Shown piece after piece: positions 49,101 to 58,800 of a DNA stretch of 64,000 nucleotides. Numbering within the stretch: position 1 is the stretch's first letter; each line of letters begins with the position of its first letter. Below the pieces are notes generated by a model. That model was given only the letters and a program-made list of their open reading frames with translations. It was not told the origin of the DNA and ran no database searches. Origin of the DNA: Orbicella franksi (Eukaryota); assembly GCA_964199315.1 (NCBI GenBank), contig OZ116698.1, forward strand, positions 10,540,001 to 10,604,000, read 5' to 3'. Both the position numbers and the translations under genes were made by a program.

Positions 49101-52090
49101 AACTTGCTAATATAATTTTATTCGCGCAAATACCACACAAAAATTTTTAATAATGAATGGTTTTAACAGAAACAATGACGCCAGTGTAGTGGCTCGTTTC
49201 CAAATCAATTGTGTGCGTGGGGTTTTTATTTTTAATTTTTTAGACTCAAAGTGGGAGAATTTCCGTTTCACAGTGTTTACGTTCGGGATAAGCTGCGGCA
49301 GTTAAACTTCAAAACGACTGCACCGATTGAATAGAAGTTTCGATAAAAATAAAGCTCAAGATGTAACAGCACTAAGCTGCTCTGTCGTATAATTGCATAT
49401 TCAGTTCCACTTACAGCAGGTACAGGTGGTATAAAGAATTGAGCCCGAATCCAGCCTTTGTTTTTAACCGCTGTAGAGATGAAATATCTATGGCGCCATG
49501 TTTCTGATTAGGAATAATTTTTCGCGAAAATAAGGGAAAAGACTACAGAAACGTGTCGTTAGTTTTGCAACATGTTCCTTTCCTCAAAAAAAAAAAAAAA
49601 TGGACCCTCAAACACTTAAAATCTGTATTATAAAACGAACATTTTTAAAATTCACAGACAATTTTCAGTGAGATGAAAGCGTCACTGCCACTCTGTGGAA
49701 ATTAACCAGAGTTCTAATCGTTGCGAAACCAACCAAATTTCCACAAAACTCAAATAAATTAGCTTGAGTTGTTTTGACGGTCAACAATCGTTTCAACTGG
49801 TGGATGGAAAATAATTCGTTCATAACATATGCAAAACAAATAAATTTCAATTCGAGGAAGTTCGAAAAATTGTCTGAAGCATTCGCAAAGGCTCACAAGG
49901 AATCTCTTAGTTGGTTTCTTATTATTTGATCCATCGACTCATTCCGAAGAAGACGAAAACCAGCTTTTTCTTTTCTAGATGCAACAGGTGATCAATAACG
50001 ACAATAGGTTTACCTCAGTTCCCTTAATCAACCTCCCGTACAACAAAAACGAAAACAAAGAACAGAAAAGAAAAAGCTAAAGAGGAGATTCAAAATGACA
50101 AAAAAAACCAACAACAACAACGAAGATATAATCGGAAAGTCCTAACGTTTCCACAATATAGTTGAAGAATTACAAGTTACTGACCTAAAGAGGAATTCTA
50201 GAATTAAATGCAAATTTCACCACTTTAAGAACCTATTAAAAAATTGGTCAAAACAACTCGATCGATAATAAAGATTCGTTTTTCCCTCATTCATTGTTAA
50301 CTAAACCGGTGCAAATCTTTATCCAATAAAAGGAGAATCCATCGAGTAAAGTTTTTCGCTAAACCGCTTTGAATAAAGCATCAGTACTTTAAAGACCATG
50401 AAAGTGACATATTTTTGTTTTAATGCAAATCGATTCAAAATCTTAGCGGACAAACCTAGTAAACCAAAACAAAGCGAGACAACTTCCGCTGAATCCGGCG
50501 CAATGCCCAAGCAAAGTCAAATATTTGCAACACTCTACAAACTGACTGAAGAGTTATTACATCGGCGGAGTCGCGTGCTCAATCGTTGCTTTAGAATGTT
50601 CGTCGATTGCCTATTTCTCGAGAACGTCGACCGACCACGTTGTTGTTGTTAAAATTAACGAATTGATCAACGGTGTGTGCAGTTTTCATTCATTTTAATA
50701 ACATAAAGATCCTCCCAGAGGCTGAGTTTTGATTGAATATACGTAGAAATAGTTTGCTGCGACAATCTGTATCCGAGACGCGCTTTTAAATTGACGTCTG
50801 AGTACCCGAGCAAACAACGAAAATCGCATGATTTTTTTCCCCTCTTGTCGACAATGAATTTCAGTGTCGTACATGTTAATAGCATGCGAACGTCGATAGA
50901 AAATATATTCCCTAAATATTGCGCTCATGTCTAATGGCTTGGAGACCGTAATGACAAGGAAAATCGAGAAAATTCAATATTATAAAGATATTAAACGTGT
51001 TTCAATTTTTCACTTCTACATCAATCGAATGAATTAACGTTCTCGAATTGTTTTATTTATTTCAGGCAGGCTAACTTGTGAACAAAATGCAAATGAAAAA
51101 TCTAAAGCACAGCGGTCGCCATACGAGAGCGAAAAAATAATGCCATTTTCTTACCAAGATAGAGTCTGCTCCAGCGTGTATCATACGCCAGTGGCTGTTC
51201 GTTATCTTGCGTGCTTCTTGCTTTCTTCACGTTTCTCGCCACATCTTTTTTGTTCATTGGGGGAAAATACCGTGCCACCACGATCTGTTTTCCGTATTTG
51301 GTGACAGCCGCTCCCGCGCCAACCTCGCGCGTACCCTCCCATACCACCTGACAGAAAGAGCGCGTTCGCGAGCTAACACGCGGCTTGTTATGACCAAAAT
51401 ACTTTCCCTCTTCGTACCATATTCGAGTCACCTTCTGTCCGTTTAGTTCTGAGCCCCACAAGCAGACGAAGTTCTCGCCGATGTCCTTCTCGGAGCTGTA
51501 TCTGGGTGAGCCGGTACTTGCGAGATGCTGTGCCCAACTCTGCGCGCTCTCCGCGAGTCTAGATGACCAGCACAGAGGCGGTGTTCCATGGGCTGCGCGA
51601 TAGAAGTTGTGGGCAGCTACGCATTCATTGCGAAAGCGCTGCAAGTCTGAGAATAAAACGAACATGGGGCGTTAGCTCATGCGAAGTTATTGACCAGCGA
51701 TCTACGGAACGCCTGAAAACTGACAGAATGACAAACTACAGAAAAATCGTGAACTCCCATGGCGGTTACTTTCCTCATTCACCGCTCAGTCAAATTTGCT
51801 CGACTAAAGCTGACCCTGACTAAAAATTGAAAGCCTCCTCGACGATCCTTCGAACAGAGCTTTCAAACGACAAAAATCTCACTCGTAAACTGAGTGTTTG
51901 ACTCCGAATCCGTGTCAAATGCCAACATAGTTCCCTATGAAGTGTTATTAAGCTTCTGTAGTCTTCAATTCGATTTTCCAGACTCGCGCGTGAGCCAGCC
52001 AAACCAGAACTGACACCGATCACAGAGCGAAGGGAGAACAATTACAATAAGAATACTTCCATCATAGCCCAACTCACCGCTTTTTTCCAT
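31103..52090 (-). CDS. Giant multi-CAP (SCP/GAPR-1-like) protein: CAP1-CAP2-CAP3-decayed CAP-acidic region-CAP4-CAP5, about 3692 aa
   Basis: Minus-strand exons: 52078-52090 (MEKS, least certain), 51155-51646, 47555-47853, 47080-47269, 46453-46667, 45733-46057, 45222-45236, 44569-44641, 41422-41807, 33053-41155, 32452-32973, 31103-31548. All are GT-AG with compatible phases; total 11079 nt, a multiple of 3. Each CAP shows HN.(Y/F)R..H...PL, G.N/S, WY.E and F.Q(V/L)VW..ARY.P-type motifs. No signal peptide. AATAAA lies about 60 nt past the stop (31038-31043). Confidence 0.85.
31645..31888 (-). mobile_element. tRNA-derived SINE (family 2)
   Basis: Minus strand: GGAGGCAGTG, A box TGGCCGAGTGG, B box GGTTCGAGTTC. 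The body (CTGGATTTGTTT..GTTCAAATCCTCGGCCACGCTTG..) is unrelated to the SINE at 1397. Confidence 0.8.
33053..41155 (-). CDS. Single 8103-nt exon encoding a Glu-rich, probably disordered 2701-codon region of the multi-CAP protein
   Basis: Uninterrupted ORF (track ORF 33048-41144). Acceptor CTTTTCTCTTCAG and donor G|GTTAGA, phase 1 at both ends. Confidence 0.9.
37200..39140 (-). repeat. Coding tandem array, 144-bp (48-aa) unit, about 13 copies
   Basis: The HIAG-equivalent anchor recurs at 38995, 38851, 38707, 38563, 38419, 38275, 38131, 37999, 37855, 37711, 37570, 37426 and 37282 (spacing 144, once 132, once 141). Consensus TPSSPKHIAGESRQAESFDEINEEPIEESKRASLFFEVEPLVDEVTTD. Confidence 0.95.
48011..48623. 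mobile_element. Non-autonomous DNA transposon, Kolobok-like
   Basis: TTAA|GGTGGCTCCCTATAG ... CTATGGAGACACC|TTAA: imperfect TIRs with RR..YY ends and a TTAA target-site duplication. A piggyBac would end CC..GG. Confidence 0.65.
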
Positions 52091-52216
52091 TTCGGACCGG
52101 CATATGGACGGCGAAAATTACTCGATCCGAATTGAGAAATTTCAGACTGTCTCACTCGAAATTCAACATATTCAATTCATGAAATTCTGCCGCGGTCGAT
52201 AAGCAGGTGGTGTGGA

Positions 52217-52226
52217 GTCACGTGAC
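52217..52226. promoter_or_regulatory. Palindromic GTCACGTGAC (CLEAR/USF-type E-box) upstream of the multi-CAP gene
   Basis: Exact 10-mer about 130 nt upstream of the proposed ATG at 52090. Function is not demonstrable from sequence. Confidence 0.4.
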
Positions 52227-54605
52227 AACAAAGCGGTCATTACGCCGCGTCCTATCTGCTTCTTCAGCTCCCAAAACAAAAACCTAAAGATATAATTTAT
52301 GGAGTCGGGAAATATCTCTTAGCGCGGAAGACGTACCGATGAAAATCCCATCTAACGCCCTCACTGTGTACAAAAGGAAACCCGCGCCATTTTTCTTCAT
52401 GAAACTTCAACGTAAAAATCCGCTTTTAAAAACATCACGGATTTATTTGTGTACGATTTCGTCTCAAGAAATTTAAAAGCGAAATGGGTGAAATGCGTTG
52501 AAAGGAAGCGTGCACTCGAGTACTGTGTTCATTAGGGAAGTTCCTGAAACTTAACTCCAACAATATGTCATTTGACTGAAAATACATGTAAATAGGAGTT
52601 GTTGATGCTAATATCGAAGAACACATGCTCGATTTAGCATTGTACATGGCCACTTTTCACATTTTTACATAACGAGGCGCAGTTACGACAGTTTTGTGAA
52701 AACAGCAAATTACGACGGCGACAACAAACGCTTTATTTTGATAAAACATGGCCTTCCAACCAGTAGGGGTAAAGAAGTTTTTCGATTAAAATCCTTTTTT
52801 AAAATATTTTCGTGTGGCGATGCCGATCGACAACCGCAACAGAGTCACACCCGAGTTACTGAAAAATTAATATTTGGCAATCAGTTGGCAGCGATAAATG
52901 CCGTAGCGGTTTTAGCCAGACGTATCATAAACGAAAAGTCGAGATGATGACACAACATTAGTTCAAGAGGAAAAGCATTTTGCCGAGAATAGTAAGACTG
53001 TTTTGTATGCAAAACAGATCGAGTTTTTAAAGTTTTTGTTGGAAAGGCTATTGTGTATAACTTATCTGATTTATGCGAAAGTGAGCGGATAATTTCTAAT
53101 CCTTTGTCAGCATCCAGCCAATTGTAATCATTAAGAACTGGACTTGAAAATATTAAAACGAGGTATTGCGAGGTGACAAACTCGCGATCAGCTAAGCACG
53201 AAACTGAGAAAGCACTCATACGGTCCGCGCCGAGTGTTCTTAACTCAGGAATCGTGTTTTTGTAAGTGGCAAACAATGCTTTCAGCACTAAACTGAAAAA
53301 CAAAATGACAAACAATCCGTGGGGCGTACCATCAATTATTCAAAACCTGAAATGACTTTCAGTTCGCAAAAAACTTTCACAACCATCAAACCTGCCACTT
53401 GGCATTCTTATTTTGAAAGTCATATTAGCAGTTGTCAAGGTTTCAGTGGATGTCCTTGACAACTGCACCTTAACACCGCAAAGACGACGCTTTGAAAAGA
53501 CCTCAAGATAAAACGAATGACGAATCTTACGTCCCATAAGAATTTTACGCTGAAGTGACTCCAGGAATAATTACGAAAAATCTTCAAAGCGAGATTAATT
53601 TTGTAATCAGTAGAAGCTGGCAAGAAAAAATACAAGGTATGAATGATAAGAAGATAACTTGAAATAAATATATGAAATTCCCAGCTGTTAAGGGCTTATT
53701 TATCCGAGCAAAGTGTCAAAATGTTTTTATTTCCTTTCCGTACAAACATTTTATTTGAAGAATGTAGTATTAGAAAGCAAGGCTCTCGTGGTGTTAATAA
53801 TAGCTAAGGGTAGTTTCATTTATACACATCCATACCATAAATACAAGCAATAATAAAGGATTTATTGAGCAGTAGATGTCCAGATTAAAGTGCTAAAATA
53901 CGCCATGCAAGCGAGATACGGTATACAGATATATGAACAAGAATCTATTAAATATTTTTAGACACTGTTTACATATCATAGTCAGATTTCAAAAAGTGCC
54001 GTTCATTATGCACTCTTAAAAAGAGAAATTAATAAGCTGACATCGATTACAAAGCTTTTACAGGTTTTGCATTTTTCTATGAATTCACATTTGGAAACAT
54101 TTGTTCTATTGGGAAGATGTACAAAGTAAGGAGAGTAACTAACTGGATGGTTTGAATGATTTCTTAAGCGGTGAAAACCGTAACGCTGGCGGATTTTTTT
54201 AAGCTAGAGGGTGTCTCGCCCAGGGGTACAAACAGACATTTTTTTTTTTTTATAATATCCACGATAAAATATTTTGTCTGTTATTAACGTCGAGGAACAA
54301 TTATTTAAATTCAAAACAGGCCCTATCTTGGGCAGACTAGTAATAAAAGTATCATCATCATTGCAGGAGTCTCTAAAGGAGGTAAATTTCGAGAAAGAGT
54401 TAAACTTAAAACAAGCCGACAAACCAGGAATGTACGTGCAGGAGTTCAGTTCATCACGTAATTCATGATAGCAGACTGACGTCACAGCAGGACCATGGGA
54501 ACGAGATTCCAAGTTGTTTAGAAGAGGGGAGAAGGGAGGGGGCTGTTCAAGACTCTGCTGCGAGTGCCTTCCGGGTGCCAGAAAACAGCCAGCATAGAAC
54601 ACCGC

Positions 54606-55012
54606 TAGGGTTTTACACATTATGCTGACATTTTTCACTATTATGCTAATGCTCGATGCTCAAAGAGTATCATTATTATGCTCAAAAAGCGCCACTGTTA
54701 TGCACCATTGTGCTCACATAAATATAAACGTGAGCGACTCAATGTAATTTTCCATTGCTCTACCTTGCTCTACAGTAGACTTACGTAAATAATTTTCTAA
54801 TGAAAAAACTCTTTCAGGTGCGGCAGAAGGGAATTGAATTAGCAAAACCTTCTTGCATGGTGAAGCACAAAGCTACAAGGTCGTGACAGATTGCTGTTGG
54901 CCTACCCAAGGCCTAGAATCGACCAGTTTCTCTAAATGTTCCGGCATAGTTCTCGCTTCTTTTGCCTCACTATTATGCTCAAAATAATGCCGGCATAATG
55001 TGTAAAACCCTT
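54606..55012. mobile_element. hAT-like MITE
   Basis: Perfect 19-bp TIR AGGGTTTTACACATTATGC / GCATAATGTGTAAAACCCT. 8-bp flanks AACACCGC / AACAGCGC (7 of 8 identical). Sub-terminal TTATGCT repeats. Confidence 0.85.
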
Positions 55013-55827
55013 AACAGCGCACACGACCAAAACGCAACCGATCAGAGGAACCCCTAGCATGCACGAGGCAAAACAGAGAGCGCTAACGCTGAACAGTACG
55101 CGATACGTTCTGATTCAAAGGCCCTTAACAACGTAGAAGTAACATGTTCAGAAGATAAATTCTCTTAACTTGTTTCCACACATTTTACTTGGCAAGACCA
55201 AATTTTAAATCGACTTTTCCCCAGATGATCAGGACATAAATTCCCAAGACCTAATTTGCCTCCCTTCTACCTAATTTGCTTGTAAAAGGTAGGGAGAAGT
55301 TAGATATTTACCACTTCTGGGGCTCCTATTATTGCCTGTTTTCCAATGTGAAAGCAAAGAAGCCCTTTGGGTTGTGCAGGAAATCTTAAAGTCCACTCAG
55401 TTTCAAGAAGAGTAATACAACTCGCATTACTTTAATTTTCAATTTCAATTTCAAATTTATGCTTGTACGGCGTTTCTGGACGTGCTGATGACTACAATGA
55501 TTATACAAAAGAAAGCACCTCAACTGCGACCTTTGAGACCTTGAGGAGAAACAATTTTTGTTGACAATTTGTCGTCTAAAATAAAAACAAAACACAACTG
55601 GGTTTTCTACACTATACACGTTAAAAATTCAAGACAGTATTTCAGCAAGTTACAAATACACCATACACTATTGCAAATGGACAACAAAAGTTCACACCAA
55701 AAGCAGAGAGTGCAAGTGGGTCAACACTTATGTATAAGTATAATGAAAATACGCAGTAACGCCTTATTAAAGTGAAACATAATATACATTTGATTCCTGG
55801 TGTACAAATATACAGGGCCATTTTTTA

Positions 55828-58800
55828 TCACCCAGTGCTTTTAGAGAGGAAATGTTGTAGTGATGTTTGTATTTCTTCCACTTGTTTCACGATCTTTGTC
55901 GAAGGTACGAACTGCTTTCTGAGATCAAGGATTGTTGAAAGAGGAATCCTCATATTTGTTATGGCTTCCGTGTAAAGTTCGTCTCCCTGAGAGAAAAATA
56001 AGTAACAAGACAAGTTAGTCACGTCAATCCCCTCCATCATAGGGAATTAAGCCTTTTGAGGCTGCCGAAGAAATTCCTAAGTGTGGAATCCCAGCAAAAG
56101 CTATCTGGATGTAATTTTCAGGGGGTGTTCGACTTTCGATTTTTCCCACCGGAAAATTCTATGTATTTGTCTCACTGGAATTTTGCAATCTTTCGATATA
56201 GAGTAGGATAGAGGGTTAGTGCAGTAAAAAAAAAAATCATGCTACAACTGTGACTCACACAGCTCTTGAAACAAATTGAACTGTATATCCTAAAAATTAC
56301 GGCTTGTTTCCCTGGAAAACCTGACCAACCAAGCAAGGTTGTTGAAGAGACCTGATTTAACGGTATTAAGATTTGTAAACGTGGTTTGGAGGTAATTATA
56401 GAGCTAGTGAAACCAGATAATCTCTTCCAAATATCAGTTATCTGAGCCCAAAAAGATACTTGTAACACAAATGTGAACCCGAAGGGACACTGAAATAGTT
56501 CGAAGTATCCCGGGGGAATATCTCAGCTCTTACCTGGCCTTCACATGACAAATCCGGATGTCGTTTTAAGCGCTTTGGTTCAGGCTGCAATAGAGAAAGT
56601 TCCATCAGTCGCCACATCAGGGAAACGACCAATCACAAGTTCAGGATCCGATGACGTAAGTGCCTCGTCTTTTGAAAGTGTTTCTTGATCGTGAAATACC
56701 AAACAACGCAACACGATCTTATAGCCAAGCTCCTATCTAGTTCACGCACACAACGCAAAACATAACGCGCAATCGTAGTTCGCAAGGTGACGCGAGGTAG
56801 AAGCAAACTTGCGGGGGAAACGAACAGAATACAATACAATACTGATTTAATGTGAATATACGCTCAAGTATGGTGGTGTACTACAATAGTTCACCAGCTA
56901 GTTTACAGGTATATCACAAGAAAAGAAATATTTAAATAAAGTGAATATGGAGTGACAAAATTTGGCTAAAATAAGCTAAAATATTGATAATACGTACGAA
57001 CTAATACGATTACATGGCTCGTACTCTTTTGAGCTATTAAAATTCCATGACTTTCCTAGACCTTTTCCACGACGTTTCTGAGTTGTAATGTAATTTTCCA
57101 AGACCTATGTTTAGCAGTTGTTTTCAAAGTATTGTCAAAACAATCTATTATTTAAGGTATTTTCCCACATTATGACGCATAGAATGCATGCTAGTAATTA
57201 TTTTTTACTGGAATTAAAACCGGGTTTCTGACTCCTCTGTTATTTTTTCAACTTTTGATCTTTTTACCTTTTTTCTCGGGAAGTATATTGCTTTTCGATG
57301 ACTTTCCATGACCCACACTTCAACTTCATGACTTTCCAGGCCTGGAAAATCAGGGGAATTATAAAATCCCATGACTTTCCAGGTTTTCCATGACCCGTAC
57401 GAGCCCTGGATTACAAATTAAATAAATTAAATATCTTCAGTTTTGGCCCAATTTCCTAACCTCTACGCTTTGGCCTGCACTTGCATCACGTGGCCGACCA
57501 CTTGTGCCCGTACGTGGAATCTCTTTCTTTACTAAGTCGCTGGGATCTAAGCGCTTGCTTTTCCTTTCTACCTCTGCCTCCAACTGGCGTTTAAGGAACT
57601 CTTTATCCTGTTCCTAATTACCTCTGTTAAAGAAAATCACCAAAGGAAAGACATTTTTGATCGGAGTGGTTGTTTGAGAAATCCACCTCTGACTATATCA
57701 ACCTCTCAACCTGTCACGTTGGGATGTTTCCCTCACTACAGTTGTTTGGGTTAAGTTGTCACGCAACGCTACATTCTGCGTGACTACTCCAATAACGACT
57801 GGGAGAGAGCACCTTCATGCCCATCTACAACATTTGCTTACTGCATTTATTCATTGGATTAAGGATACAGTCATATTTCCAGTGAACTCCGTGTGCTTAA
57901 AGGGAAGCTGAAAAATAACAAAGGCCAACTCCATGAGATCTCCTAGAGTCTATTCGTTGCCATCTGCTAGGTTTCACGTCAACACGCCACTGAGACTTTT
58001 TAAATAACGTCTTTCTTCCTTAACCAGTGAAAGGACACTGCATTAGTTGGTGAGAAAAAGACTCAAATCAACTTGCACTAGCTAGATCACAGATGAATTA
58101 ACCGCTGTTTTAGATCATCAGCTGATGACGTTTCGAGCTTTATATTTCCCTAAGGATTTTCCCTATCAACTTGAGGAGTGCAGCAATGTACAGTGAATTT
58201 TGTCTTCCCTGAGAAGGAGAGAACAACAATTGTTTTCAGGCCCTTTGACGTTAAATTATTTCAGCAAAAGAGGAAAGTTCTCTTCGCCCCATCCCTTACA
58301 TTCGTCTGCGTACAACTATCTGTAAAGAGAAGAAGGTTGGCGAGGCAGGGGAAAGGCTTATCGCTGGGATGGAAGCAAACAAGGGTACTAGGGTACAACT
58401 AGGATATTTCTGTTACAAGATTATATTGGACTTTTGTCAGCACCATTCACACGGTAATAGATACGACATTTGAAAATGATTGAGATTGATGCTTTGGTTG
58501 TAAATACAACGAAACTACATTAGATTTTGGTGATCTTAACTTAGCCGGCAAAAAACGAAACAAGAAAACCAACCTGATTTAAAAAGTCCGAGAGACTCGG
58601 AAGCAAGCTCGCAGGAACACAGTCCCCCATCACGTGAGTATACCGAGTGACCTAGTGACAAACACATGCCCATCAAATGAAGATCGTCACACAAAAAATT
58701 GTTTACAGGTTAGTTACCGTCCCAAATTTCACCGAGTCTACAGCTATCATCAGAAAAGGTAGGTTAACCTCAAGGGTTTTACAAGCTGATATTTCTCTTT

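Noticed and set aside
52335-52360. ATG GGA TTT TCA TCG|GTACGT as a myristoylated (MG..) first exon for the CAP gene
   Set aside because: The donor is phase 0, whereas the CAP1 exon needs phase 1.
52881-53315. 144-aa intergenic ORF as an extra exon or gene
   Set aside because: No recognisable domain, no ATG start and no phase-compatible link to either neighbour.
55828-56617. Stand-alone 127-aa three-exon gene (MWRLMELSLLQPEPKRLKR...)
   Set aside because: Its first and last parts match the C-terminus of FIRRM, and a good acceptor precedes PEPKRLKR. It is the end of the upstream gene.
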